From an uncultured Verrucomicrobiae bacterium (lineage in GTDB: Bacteria > Chlamydiota > Chlamydiia > Chlamydiales > Rhabdochlamydiaceae), in the NCBI GenBank assembly GCA_963718565.1, contig OY970364.1, positions 1,248,001 to 1,312,000 on the forward strand: 64,000 bases of DNA. The letters are read 5' to 3'. The position numbers were made by a program, and so were the translations under genes. Shown here piece after piece: positions 9,004 to 19,617 of the stretch (positions are counted from its first letter, which is position 1; each line of letters opens with the position of its first letter). The notes beneath the pieces are model-generated. The model saw only the letters and a program-made list of their open reading frames with translations, searched no databases and was not told the origin of the DNA.

Positions 9004-9270
9004 TTATTCCCCGAACTGACTTTCAAAAGCATCGACGATTTTTTGCATGATCATTTCAGCGTCATCGCCATCGACAACAATCGTAATCAGCGAATTCTTA
9101 GTCGCTGCAAGCATCAGTATGCTCATAATGCTTTTGGCGTTGATCGTCTCTTTACGATGGGTAAAAGAAACGTCAGATGCCGTTCCTTGCAACAGCCTCA
9201 CAATGACCGTGGCTGGACGAGCATGCAACCCGAGAGCATTTTTAATGCGAACTTTGCGCAGAAGTTTCAC
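9004..9270 (-). CDS. ptsH: Phosphocarrier HPr
   Basis: GLHARPA (His15) and NAKSIMSIL (Ser46). Confidence 0.95.
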   Translation of the reverse strand: MKLLRKVRIKNALGLHARPATVIVRLLQGTASDVSFTHRKETINAKSIMSILMLAATKNSLITIVVDGDDAEMIMQKIVDAFESQFGE

Positions 9271-10216
9271 GAATCTTCTTCCTTTCCTTTTGCTTTTTTG
9301 AGATCGTCTCCAGTAATTTTATATTGAATTCCTTCGCAGAATTGTAGCCCATTTCTTTTAAGCGATGATTCAATACGATTGTCTCTATCAAGAGGACAAC
9401 ATCGCGTCCTGGTTTGACCGGCAAAACATGATAAGGGACATTGACACCAAGAATGTCGCAATATTTTTCATCCAAGCCAATTCTATCGTAGAATCGGCGA
9501 TCGTCCCATTCTTCTAGTTTCACGATCAACTCAACAGTTTTGTGATCGCGCACGCAGACTGCTCCATAAAGATGAGCGACATTGATAATTCCAATTCCCC
9601 GAATCTCCATTAAGTGACGAGTCAACTCAGGGCCCGAACCTTCTAAGCTGGCACCTTCTCTCAACCGTATTTTGACGACATCGTCCGAAATGAGCCGATG
9701 CCCTCTTTCGATTAATCCTAGAGCGGCCTCGCTTTTTCCAATCGATGAATCTCCCTGAATGAGAACACCCACTCCAAATGCTTCCACAAGAGTTCCATGA
9801 CAAGTCATTGTTGGAGAAAACTCTTCATTGAGAAGCAAGGTCATCTTACTGAGCAGGTTCATCGTCGTCATACTTGCACGGAATAGAGGAATTCCATCTT
9901 GCTCACAACATTGAATCAACTCTTGTGCAGGCTGAAAACGCCCAGCGACGATCACTGCAGGAGTCTGTGGTGTCAGAAGATTTCTCAATCTCTCCAAGCG
10001 TGTTTCTTTACTCAAATCTTTTAAGTATAAAGTCTCGACGTTGCCAAAAATGAGAATGCGCTGGCTGACATAACCTTTCAAGTAGCCGGAAAGGGAAAGA
10101 CCAGGCCGATGCACTTCCGGAACTTTGATACGCCGTTTCATCCCCTTCTTTCCAGCAACCAGCTGTAGCCCGAGGTGCTCCCCATATTTGCCTAGTAAAT
10201 TCTGGACCGAGTACAT
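9242..10216 (-). CDS. hprK: HPr kinase/phosphorylase
   Basis: HGTLV..GVGVLIQGDSSIGKSEAAL, LISDD, MEIRGIGIIN; start placed at MYSVQ. Confidence 0.95.
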   Translation of the reverse strand: MYSVQNLLGKYGEHLGLQLVAGKKGMKRRIKVPEVHRPGLSLSGYLKGYVSQRILIFGNVETLYLKDLSKETRLERLRNLLTPQTPAVIVAGRFQPAQELIQCCEQDGIPLFRASMTTMNLLSKMTLLLNEEFSPTMTCHGTLVEAFGVGVLIQGDSSIGKSEAALGLIERGHRLISDDVVKIRLREGASLEGSGPELTRHLMEIRGIGIINVAHLYGAVCVRDHKTVELIVKLEEWDDRRFYDRIGLDEKYCDILGVNVPYHVLPVKPGRDVVLLIETIVLNHRLKEMGYNSAKEFNIKLLETISKKQKERKKIRETSAQSSH

Positions 10217-10381
10217 GCCATCTCTTACGTTAGAGGGGATTGTAAAACATCCTCTTGAGGAGTTTATCAGCTCTAACCTTTTTTGAAAGTCAAAAAACAA
10301 CAGTTGCATTTTAATCGTATTTGGAAAAAATTCTTGGTAATTGCGTTTTGTTTACAATTACCCGTGTTCGTTGAGAACTAT

Positions 10382-11650
10382 ATGGCTTATACGAAAGTTG
10401 TGATTATTGGAGGAGGGTTCGGAGGATTAAATGTTGCAAAATCTCTTAATCACGCCAAGCTCGACGTCCTTTTAATCGATAAGACTAATCACCATCTCTT
10501 TCAACCACTGCTTTACGAAGTGGCTACGGCTGCCCTTTCCCCCGGAGAAATTGCGACGCCATTACGAGAAATTCTTCGGCATCAAGGAAATACCACAGTG
10601 ATCATGGGAGAGGTCATCAAAATCGACAAAAACAATAAGCAGATCACGATCGCAAATGGCGATATTTACGGCTATGATTATCTCATCATTTCCATTGGGG
10701 CCCGCCACTCCTATTTTGGCAGAGAAGACTGGGAACGATTTGCCCCAGGCCTAAAAACAATTAACGATGCATTAAAGATCCGTGAACAAGTCTTAATTTC
10801 TTTCGAAAAAGCTGAAAGACTCGACAGCATTTCTGAGGCAGCTAAATACTTAAACTTTGTGGTGATCGGCGGTGGACCAACAGGAGTGGAAATGGCCGGA
10901 GCCATCGCTGAAATTGCGTACAAAACGATGTTCAAAAACTTTCGGAGGATAAAACCTGAAGAGTCAAAGATCTACCTCATCGAGGCCCTCCCTCAAATCC
11001 TTCCCATGTATTCGGGCAAGCTTGCAAGCAGCGCGGTAAAAATTTTAGAAAAAATGGGAGTCAAAGTCCTTACCGGAAAAAAGGTGACAGACATCAATGA
11101 AAGTGGAGTCAAAACCGAGGACCTATTTATAGAATCAAAGAATATTATTTGGGCCGCTGGCAACCAAGTTTCTCCGATGCTCGCAACTCTCGATGTCCCT
11201 CTGGATCGCGCTGGTCGTGTGATCGTCGGCCCGGATTTAAGTATCCCTGATCATCCTGAAGTCTTCGTCATCGGCGATGCAGCACACTTCGTTGGCAAAG
11301 AAGGGAAACCGCTTCCTGGCGTTGCTCCAGTTGCAATTCAAGAAGGCAACTATGTTGCAAAGCTCATCAAAAATGCGATCCCAAAAGAAAAACGCCAACC
11401 CTTTGTCTATTTCGATAAGGGAAACTTGGCCACCATAGGAAAGGCTAAGGCAATCGCAATGATCGGCAAATTGGAGATTAGCGGCTTTTTGGCATGGCTA
11501 ATGTGGACTTTTGTGCATATCCTTTACCTGATCGGCTTCAGAAATCGCCTCGGGGTCATGATCGAATGGGCAGCAACAATGTTTACTGGCGAAAGAGGAG
11601 TGCGCCTCATTACTCGTCCTATCGATCGAGAAATCCCTAAAACCAAATGA
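10382..11650 (+). CDS. ndh: Type II NADH dehydrogenase
   Basis: GGGFGG and GGGPTGVEMAG motifs, FQPLLYEVAT, IGDAA. Confidence 0.9.
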   Translation: MAYTKVVIIGGGFGGLNVAKSLNHAKLDVLLIDKTNHHLFQPLLYEVATAALSPGEIATPLREILRHQGNTTVIMGEVIKIDKNNKQITIANGDIYGYDYLIISIGARHSYFGREDWERFAPGLKTINDALKIREQVLISFEKAERLDSISEAAKYLNFVVIGGGPTGVEMAGAIAEIAYKTMFKNFRRIKPEESKIYLIEALPQILPMYSGKLASSAVKILEKMGVKVLTGKKVTDINESGVKTEDLFIESKNIIWAAGNQVSPMLATLDVPLDRAGRVIVGPDLSIPDHPEVFVIGDAAHFVGKEGKPLPGVAPVAIQEGNYVAKLIKNAIPKEKRQPFVYFDKGNLATIGKAKAIAMIGKLEISGFLAWLMWTFVHILYLIGFRNRLGVMIEWAATMFTGERGVRLITRPIDREIPKTK

Positions 11651-13176
11651 CAGATGCCAAGGCCCATTTCATGGAGGGAATTAGAGAAGCCTTTTCCACT
11701 TTCTGGAGAAGAAATCCCGCACTTTTTTTCAGTCTTTGCCTTCTTCTCGGCATAGCAGCCAGTTTTCGCTCTTATTGGCTCTTATTTCTATTCTTTGTCG
11801 TGTTATGCAGCTCCACGCAGCAAAAACGGACCTGGATTATAGCATCGCTCTGTTTTTTTGGAGCCTATGCGACAACGCTCCACCGTTATCCCAAAGTTGT
11901 CCTACCGCAAGAGAAAATCTCAGGAAAAGGAATTTTTCATATTGACCAAGTCAAAATACAGTCATCGCCATTCTATAAGTCGATTCTCTATAAAGGGACC
12001 CTGAAGAACTTTGAGGCAAGTGAAAAAAAAGTTTACCGCGATCTTCCTTGCCATGTTTATCTTCCTTTCTATGGTCATCGCCCACCTGCAAATACCGATT
12101 ATGAAATTTGCGGTACACTCTCCCAAAAGGCTGATTACGTCTTTATTTTAAAGCCGGAAAAGAAAAGTAGATGGAATGCTGTTCCCTCTTTTTTTAATAT
12201 CTCTGAGTGGAGATTCTCTCTTAAGCAAGATGTTTCCGCTTATTTAAAAAAAGAAATTCCCGCCCCTGAGGTCCGATCCTTTCTCAATGCTCTAACTACA
12301 GGAGATATTGACGAACGCATTTTAAGTATGGAATTCGGAAAAGTCGGACTTCAGCATATTTTGGCGATTTCGGGCTTTCACTTTGCTTTAATCGCCTGGT
12401 TTTTAAATTGTATTTTACGCTTATTTTTTTCCTTTCGCATGACCATTACATTGCTGCTGATCGCATTAACACTTTATTATTTTTTTTTAGGAAACGCTCC
12501 TTCCATTCAAAGAGCCTACATCGCAATTGCCTTAGTTGCCTTCGGCCAGATTTTTTCTTTACGAACTTCAGGGTTAAATGCTTTGGGAACCGGACTCATC
12601 ATTGAACTGCTTTTGAATCCCCTCGTCGTCACGCAGCTTAGTTTTCAATTGACGTTCCTGTGTACACTGGGAATCCTTCTTTTTTATCCATCCATGCATC
12701 GGTTGATGTCCATTCTTCTCCCAGAAAGATCCTACAAAGATGTTCTTCGATTCGGCCTGCTCGACCGCCACGGCTATTTAGTATCCGCACTTTTGCGCCG
12801 CGCTATAGCACTTAATCTTGCTGTTCATTTGATCTCTCTTCCAGTGCTTCTATTTTTGTTCCACTCCTTCCCTTTATTAAGTATCGCCTATAATCTTTTC
12901 TTTCCTGCCTGTGTCACATTGTCCATGCTTCTGCTCTTCGCAGCTTTTTTCTTTGCTCTGTGGCTGCCTATGCTCAGCCATGCGATTCATTGGCTAAACA
13001 ATTTCTGGACTTCGATGATGATCACTCTGACATCCCATCCTCCAGCTTTTCTAGATTTTTCGCTGCGCACAAAATCGCTCTCTTTTTCCTTTGTCATCTG
13101 CTTTCTTTTCTTCAGTTTTTTTCTAGGAGTCTTCTTCTATGAAAAAGAGCGGAATACAAAATTATCTTATCAATGA
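11647..13176 (+). CDS. comEC: ComEC/Rec2 competence-family membrane protein
   Basis: GLQHILAISGFH, PSIQRA, SFQLTF. Confidence 0.85.
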   Translation: MTDAKAHFMEGIREAFSTFWRRNPALFFSLCLLLGIAASFRSYWLLFLFFVVLCSSTQQKRTWIIASLCFFGAYATTLHRYPKVVLPQEKISGKGIFHIDQVKIQSSPFYKSILYKGTLKNFEASEKKVYRDLPCHVYLPFYGHRPPANTDYEICGTLSQKADYVFILKPEKKSRWNAVPSFFNISEWRFSLKQDVSAYLKKEIPAPEVRSFLNALTTGDIDERILSMEFGKVGLQHILAISGFHFALIAWFLNCILRLFFSFRMTITLLLIALTLYYFFLGNAPSIQRAYIAIALVAFGQIFSLRTSGLNALGTGLIIELLLNPLVVTQLSFQLTFLCTLGILLFYPSMHRLMSILLPERSYKDVLRFGLLDRHGYLVSALLRRAIALNLAVHLISLPVLLFLFHSFPLLSIAYNLFFPACVTLSMLLLFAAFFFALWLPMLSHAIHWLNNFWTSMMITLTSHPPAFLDFSLRTKSLSFSFVICFLFFSFFLGVFFYEKERNTKLSYQ

Positions 13177-13276
13177 CTTGAAAAAAATGTAGCTTACATC
13201 GATGATCGGCATAATTTTTTTTACTTGAGGGCAATTCCCTCACTTGATCTTCGCTAAAGGAAAATGGAATGGACTC

Positions 13277-14341
13277 ATGAAAAAACGAAATATAGGAATA
13301 GCTGGAATCGTTCTAGCAGCATCTTCTAGCTTATGTGCGGATGAATATCCCTCCTCTACCCAAGGCAAAGAAGCGGGAGGCCTCGTTAATCCTTCCAGTC
13401 GTTTTCAAGTAGACAATGGTTGGAATCTCTTTCTGGATGGCGAATTCTTATGGTGGGTAGCCAAGGAAGACGGACTTTATTATGCCCAAAATGGATTCAC
13501 AAATTTAGAAACGACAGCGGTTCCGCCAGATGGAACGGTGGATTTTGATGGTCATTTAGAAAAAGTCCATCCCCATTGGCATCCTGGATTTAGGATTGGT
13601 TTTGGAGGAAACATGTCCTATGATGAATGGGATATCTTCCTTAATTGGACATGGTTCAGATCCCATGCGGAAACAGAGAGACGAGGACTTCTGCTCGTTC
13701 TTTGGGGACACCCTGACGTCAATAGCGATGGGAACACGGCAAAAGGCGCTCTGACAGCCAAAGGTAATTGGCGTTTACACTATAACATCCTTGATTTGGA
13801 AATGGGGCGCGCATTTTGGGTAGGGAAGCATTTTGCACTCCGACCCTTCTTTTGTATCCGCGGCGCTTGGATCGATCAGAGTTTTAAAATTAAATACGAT
13901 TTGACGACAACTCCCATTACCGATGTTCGCCTCAAAGCAGAATCTGAATTCGAGGGAGGTGGCATCCGTGCAGGTTTTGATACGCGCTTTACTCTTTGGG
14001 GAGGCTGGAGTTTTTATGGTATTGCTTCCGCTTCCATGCTTTATGGGCATTACGATTGCGATTTTCGCGAAAAGTGGGAATCTGTAAAGATCGCTGTCTC
14101 CAAAGATGGATTTCATCAAGCTGCATCTACAGCTCAACTTGCGCTGGGAGTTCGCTGGGATGGTTATGTCCATGCCGACAGATACCATGTTGGGCTTTAT
14201 GCAGGATGGGAACAAAATATCTGGTTCGGCATCAACAAAATGAATCGTTTTTTTTCTAACTTTAACGATGGCGATTTGCAGCAAATGAATAACGATCTCA
14301 CACTACAAGGCGGCACATTTGGTATACGCTTTGACTTCTAA
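13277..14341 (+). CDS. MOMP-like (Lpg1974-type) outer membrane beta-barrel
   Basis: Signal peptide, EFLWW..EDGL, PGFRIG, LRPFF, GWEQNIW, C-terminal RFDF. Confidence 0.85.
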   Translation: MKKRNIGIAGIVLAASSSLCADEYPSSTQGKEAGGLVNPSSRFQVDNGWNLFLDGEFLWWVAKEDGLYYAQNGFTNLETTAVPPDGTVDFDGHLEKVHPHWHPGFRIGFGGNMSYDEWDIFLNWTWFRSHAETERRGLLLVLWGHPDVNSDGNTAKGALTAKGNWRLHYNILDLEMGRAFWVGKHFALRPFFCIRGAWIDQSFKIKYDLTTTPITDVRLKAESEFEGGGIRAGFDTRFTLWGGWSFYGIASASMLYGHYDCDFREKWESVKIAVSKDGFHQAASTAQLALGVRWDGYVHADRYHVGLYAGWEQNIWFGINKMNRFFSNFNDGDLQQMNNDLTLQGGTFGIRFDF

Positions 14342-14357
14342 CTCTAGGAAATAAGAC

Positions 14358-15455
14358 ATGTGTAACAGAAACTTTCCCAGTGTGATCAGAAAAAAAATGA
14401 TTCATTTTGCAACTGCCTCACTCCTGTCAAGCCTAGTTTTTATTCCCTGTCCAAAGAGCCAATGCCTAGAAAAAACACCCATCAGCCAAACCCCCGATGA
14501 CCACGTCAATTATCCAAGTAATTTTCAAGTTGAAGGCGGAGTAAATCTATTGATTTATGGAGATTATCTTTATTGGATTGCTCAAGAAGATAGTCTGTAC
14601 TATGCGCATACCGGACTCGGGTCTGGGACGGCTGCGTTCCCGCCCGATGGCAGCGACAATTTTAAAGGGCATCTCAAAAAAGTCAAGCCTGAATGGGATA
14701 GCGGCACCCGCATAGGATTAGGCTTAAATTTTCCCAAAGCAGGTTATGATCTTGTCGCCTACTGGACCTGGTTTTCAACAGATGCTTCTAATTCAGTTTC
14801 CACATCCCATGGAACATTATTTTCAATCTGGGCTCACCCCGACAGCACCTCTACTTCTTCTGATACATTTGCTAAAGGCAAATGGGATCTCAATATGAAC
14901 CTCTTTGATCTAGAATGGGGGCGCTCTTCTTGGTTTGGGGGTCATTTTTCTTTACGCCCCTTTTTTGGGCTGCGCGGTCTATTGCTTGAACAGGAGCTGA
15001 AAAACAAATACGCTTATCACACTTCTCCAGAGGTTTTCAGTAGACTGCATTCCGCATCCGACTTTCACGGAGCAGGCATGCGCACCGGCGCGGATGTTCG
15101 TTTTGCAATGGGATATGGATTCTCAATCTATGGAATTGCTTCGGGCTCGCTTCTTTACGGACAATTTGATTGCGATTTTCGCCTCAAAGAAAATTCGTTC
15201 ACTATCGCCCATTCGAAAGATCGTTTTTGGCGAGGGATCTCCTCTTTACAGCTCGCTTTAGGTCTTGGCTGGGACACCCACTTCGCTAAAGACCGCCTAC
15301 ATATCGAATTTCATGCAGGCTGGGAACAAAATCAATGGTTCAGCGTCAACCAAATGAACCATTTTATACAAGAGATCGGAAATGGGATCTTCTTTCAAGA
15401 AAATAGCAACTTATCTCTGCAAGGGCTTGTCGCTGGCGGCCGCTTTGATTTTTAA
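14358..15455 (+). CDS. MOMP-like (Lpg1974-type) outer membrane beta-barrel
   Basis: Tandem paralog of the preceding gene; ends RFDF. Confidence 0.85.
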   Translation: MCNRNFPSVIRKKMIHFATASLLSSLVFIPCPKSQCLEKTPISQTPDDHVNYPSNFQVEGGVNLLIYGDYLYWIAQEDSLYYAHTGLGSGTAAFPPDGSDNFKGHLKKVKPEWDSGTRIGLGLNFPKAGYDLVAYWTWFSTDASNSVSTSHGTLFSIWAHPDSTSTSSDTFAKGKWDLNMNLFDLEWGRSSWFGGHFSLRPFFGLRGLLLEQELKNKYAYHTSPEVFSRLHSASDFHGAGMRTGADVRFAMGYGFSIYGIASGSLLYGQFDCDFRLKENSFTIAHSKDRFWRGISSLQLALGLGWDTHFAKDRLHIEFHAGWEQNQWFSVNQMNHFIQEIGNGIFFQENSNLSLQGLVAGGRFDF

Positions 15456-15458
15456 TAT

Positions 15459-15513
15459 CTGAAGTTTGGACTGATTTCACTCGCTTCGCTCACGAAATCA
15501 GTCCAAACTCCAG
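15459..15513. repeat. Palindromic element family D
   Basis: ctgaagtttggactgatttc...gaaatcagtccaaactccag hairpin; related copy at 43917-44152. Confidence 0.75.
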
Positions 15514-16100
15514 AATATAATAACTTGACTCACCTTACTCACCTTACGCAAATCGGTAAAAATTTCTTGACAAGGCCTGTCTTTTTTTCGTAGTCTTGTT
15601 CAATTTTTTGGAGAAAAAATGAACAGACTACTCGATATCTATTCGGATTACTTGATTGCTCAGAATCAATATGCAACAGCAGTTGGTCTCTCAGATCTCT
15701 TAGAAGGCCGGATTAGTCATGACAAAATTACTAGATTTTTGAACAGCAATGAATTTTCATCCAAAGAGCTATGGGAATACATCAAGCCGGAAATTCGCAA
15801 GATTGAACAAGATGTAGAAGGAGTGCTTATTTTTGATGACACGATTGAAGAGAAGACCTACACGGACGAAAATGAGATTATTTGTTGGCATTACTCGCAT
15901 GCCAAGGGAAGATGTGTGAAGGGGGTCAACCTTTTATCATGTCTTGCTCGCTACGGAGATATTGCCTTACCCATTGCTTATGAGCCTATTTATAAAGACG
16001 TGCTTTTTTGTGATGTCGCCAGCAAAAAAGTAAAAAGACAGTCTTCAGTCAGTAAAAATCAAATGTTTCGATCTATGATTGCCCAAGCTGTAACCAATAA

Positions 16101-16948
16101 TGGGGTGTAAACTTTGATCCATATTTGAAATTTTCTCTGAGCAACAATTCCGGCAAGAAACGGTAACATCCCCCCTCTGATATTAAACCCTCTGACTCGT
16201 CCCAGTTATATTCCCAGCGTCCTACGGCGCTGTTCCGATACATCGAGATCGGCTCAGGAAGAGCCGCTCTCGATGTATCGGGCTTTATTGATGCAATACT
16301 TTGTAGGGGGATATTGAAAATTCTCTTCTAAGGAAATTTTTTTGACTCTGTTAAAACAATCATGCAAAATGGCTCGTCTTAATTTTAGGAGAGCAGCTCT
16401 ATGAATGTTCCATCACGAGATTGGCGTAAGCGAAGCCATCGTCTTTGCGAGAGTCGCGATGAATTCAAAGCGAGAAATCGCGAGAAAGCAGAAAAAATTA
16501 AGGCACTAGAGGGTAAAGCATTAGATCTTGAGCACAGTAGAGCCCAGTGGAAAAAGAAGTGTGAAGAAAAAACTCAAGAAAATAAAGCCTTAAAAAATGA
16601 AATCGCAGAAAAAGAGGCTTTGATCGAGGCAGAAAGAAAATTACGCGAACAAGAGGCTGTTACCCATGCTAAAGAGTTCGAAGAACTTAAAAAAAAATGG
16701 CAGATGCAGCAACAAGCCTCCCGGGGGAACAAGACAAAAAAATCCCTCGTCGGCGCTATTCGGCAACTGTTATCCTGATATCGCTGAATATTGGCGAGAC
16801 AATTTATTCGCAAAGGCGTCAGCTCTTTAATCCTTTTAGGAAACGGAAGAAAAAACGAGGGCAGCTGCCTCTAGATAATGGGGGACTGGATCATACTGGA
16901 TTTTTTACTGGTAATGTTGTGAATTTCTGAAAGAAAGTTTACACCCCA
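16101..16948 (+). mobile_element. 848-bp non-autonomous IS derivative
   Basis: 15-bp IRs tggggtgtaaacttt / aaagtttacacccca; 9-bp TSD aaccaataa at 16092-16100 and 16949-16957. Confidence 0.88.
16401..16778 (+). CDS. Coiled-coil ORF of the 848-bp element (probable transposase N-terminal part)
   Basis: RBS aggag; SRDEFKARNREK..LEHSRAQWK coiled coil; A9 run leading into a -1 frame ORF (16697-16930). Confidence 0.5.
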   Translation: MNVPSRDWRKRSHRLCESRDEFKARNREKAEKIKALEGKALDLEHSRAQWKKKCEEKTQENKALKNEIAEKEALIEAERKLREQEAVTHAKEFEELKKKWQMQQQASRGNKTKKSLVGAIRQLLS

Positions 16949-17688
16949 AACCAATAAGGTTAAATTTGACTATATATTGTCTGATAATTGGTTCGGAGCG
17001 AAAAAAAATATGGAGTTTATTCATTATGATATGAAAAAGAAGTTTGTAATTGGGATCAAAGCTAATCGATTGGTCGCTCTTTCTGAAGAGGACAGAAAAA
17101 ATGGTCAGTACCAAAATCTAAATGCATTACCACTCAAGGATGGAGAAAAAAGAATAGTCTGGCTAAAAGACATGTCTTTTTCTGTAGCACTCATTACAAA
17201 GATCTTCAAAAACGAAGACGGCTCTACAGGCACTCTATACCTTGTTACAAATGACTTAGAAAGTAGTGCTGACCGAATCTACGAAATCTACCAAAAACGG
17301 TGGCGCATAGAAGAATATCACAAATCGATCAAGCAGAACGCTAGCCTTGAAAAATCGCCGACTAAGGTTCTGCGCTCTCAAAAGAATCATATTTTTGCAT
17401 CAATCATCGCTTATTGCAAGTTGGAATTTCTCCGAACTCAAACTTTTTTGAATCATTTTGCTCTGAAATATCAATTACTGATGAAGGCAAATCGAATGGC
17501 ATTTTTAGAACTTGAACGGCTGCGGTTCAGAACTGGTTGCGATATGGTTGGAGCCCATTTTGCGTAAGGTGAGTTAGATACGATAGCGGCGGGAATCTCC
17601 ACCACTATTATGGAGCGGATGGCCTTCTGCAAGTGTTTGCTTATGATTACAAAGGAAGGTTAAACAAGCTCGAACACTTTAAGAGGGG

Positions 17689-18357
17689 TTGGTATTACAA
17701 GATGAACGCACATATAAGGCACACATGAAAAAGGTTTGCGATCCTGGCGAAGAACCCGTGCCTTACCAGCAGATGCTCGACTTTCATCAAAGCGACGCAT
17801 TCACCTTAAAGCACGATCCCATGTGGGTATTAGAAACAATATTAAAAAACGCCGCCACGGTCACAGATCTTCTGCATCTAAGGAATTGGATGGTGGTAGA
17901 AGCTCCCGCTCCTCTTTTGATCACTTCTAGCAAGCCGGTCAATCCTTTTTGGACGATAAGCCTTCCACCACACGAACAAGGTAAAGGACCTCTATTCTAT
18001 CCGGAATCCTTAGCCAATACGCATCCTACAATTGTACCATTGTATTCGCGTTATAACGAAGTTAGCGGGCGCTTTCCAGTAGTTCTTCCAGGATTTGGGA
18101 TTCCCACAAGCATGGTGGTCTTCCCGCTCACCCCATCTTTAGCATTGATCGGGTCTTGGTCGCCTTTACCGCTTTACGCAAAGATAGACTACTGCACAGT
18201 CCAGGCGATCAACTGGGTCACTGCCAATTCCGGCGCTGATTATGTGTACTCCCCTCAAAAGCTATTTTCCATCCCATGGAATTCCAATCTGGCTCCTTAT
18301 CTGCAAGATTATCATAATCAGCTGGGATCACGGCTAATTACCTTTAAAACCAGCTGA
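17689..18357 (+). pseudogene. DUF4238-like protein, N-terminally truncated
   Basis: LITSSKPV...VFPLTPSLALIG...VQAIN...ADYVYS pattern; weak TTG start. Confidence 0.5.
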
Positions 18358-18468
18358 AGTATGAGGTCACTCATGACAGTTAGGACAAAACGATTGGTTT
18401 TACGCCCTTGGCAAGAAGCTGACAATTTAATTGAAGTCTATGCTTCTAAATCGTGGGAGAAAGCTTTT

Positions 18469-19518
18469 TTAGAAACTATAGGCCACTTTGAAGGTCACAC
18501 CTTGAAAATAAAGATCGAGGCTTCCAGATGAAACTCCTGCCACATATTCATCCATAAGAGAACGCATCATGTTCTGTCCCCAAAAATAGGTAAAATCGTA
18601 ACTAGCCATGAGTTCCAAATGTTGCCTATGACCAATATCCTTTTTCCAACCAAATCCCAGGCTTACATCAACCTCTGGACGCACACAGTTGTAAGACATA
18701 TGCAAAGGCGCGGGCGTTTCATAATAAATAACAGCCGCTTCTTCGCTGTGCTTGACTCTAAACCAGTTAAAGAAAAGAGTCGTTCCAATTACCCCATCAA
18801 AATTAAATCCCATCGGAAGATTATATTTCCCATTTACGCCAATACGGGGACCAATACCCCAAACATGAGATTGATTATGGGATGCAACTGGCTGTGAACC
18901 AAGGAAACTGCTTCCTCCAAAAGAGGCGCCCGCCACGTTTAACTGAAGGTTCATCTGTTGCCGAATCCAAATGGTTCTTAAACCGCCAAAAGGAGCAAAA
19001 ACAAAACCTGCTTCTTTATTGAGAGGATAAGACAAAAGAAGATCGCCCATATCCATTGCAAGTTTCCAGATAGAAGAAAGCTTTGTGCCAGTTAACGATT
19101 GCTGAGAAAAGAATGTCTCTTGCAGATACCAACTGTCGAGATTCCAAACTCCAGTTCCTATAGTACCCGCTGGAGCGCTTTTGCTTGTTTTATTTTCCCC
19201 TCGATAGTACGTATATTCAGCATTAACTTTCCAATCCTCTGAAGACGAAATCCCCAATCCAACTTTAAATCCTGGATGATATCCAAATTTTTGCTGAAAC
19301 ACTTTTGGAGAACTTGCAAAAACCGTTGTTGCTGCATCATTCACTTGGGCGCTCTCAGCAATGTTCAACCCATCTTCCTTAGCAAACCAGTAGGTAAAGG
19401 AAGAATCTGCCCAATACCTAAGATTGCTGGAATTTGAGCAGACCGTGGGCTGCTGGTCATTTGCAAATAGATGTATGGTTGCAATCACGGCTATCGCAGG
19501 AATACAAGTATATTTCAT
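18469..19518 (-). CDS. MOMP-like (Lpg1974-type) outer membrane beta-barrel
   Basis: FTYWFAKEDGL, HPGFKVGLG, PFGGLR, GIGPRIG, C-terminal YSF. Confidence 0.85.
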   Translation of the reverse strand: MKYTCIPAIAVIATIHLFANDQQPTVCSNSSNLRYWADSSFTYWFAKEDGLNIAESAQVNDAATTVFASSPKVFQQKFGYHPGFKVGLGISSSEDWKVNAEYTYYRGENKTSKSAPAGTIGTGVWNLDSWYLQETFFSQQSLTGTKLSSIWKLAMDMGDLLLSYPLNKEAGFVFAPFGGLRTIWIRQQMNLQLNVAGASFGGSSFLGSQPVASHNQSHVWGIGPRIGVNGKYNLPMGFNFDGVIGTTLFFNWFRVKHSEEAAVIYYETPAPLHMSYNCVRPEVDVSLGFGWKKDIGHRQHLELMASYDFTYFWGQNMMRSLMDEYVAGVSSGSLDLYFQGVTFKVAYSF

Positions 19519-19617
19519 AGATTTCTTTTTGTTGCTATCTGAAGTTAAATGCCTTATCCTAAGAGTTAGTTTTTTTTTTAATCAACAGCTAAAGTTTACC
19601 CTGTCTGAGGAGTTTCC

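Larger units (their letters stand above)
15619..17567 (+). pseudogene. IS701-family transposase, split (15619-16100 and 16958-17567)
   Basis: SHDKITRFL, LIFDDTIEEK, SDNWF, YQKRWRIEEYHKSIKQ. Confidence 0.85.
15538..17573 (+). mobile_element. IS701-family element interrupted by an 848-bp insertion
   Basis: IRs ctcaccttacgcaaa / tttgcgtaaggtgag; the transposase halves rejoin as AVTNK-VKFDYILSDNWFG. Confidence 0.85.

Noticed and set aside
7248..10216. PTS without sugar-specific EII
   Set aside because: An incomplete regulatory PTS is known in chlamydiae.
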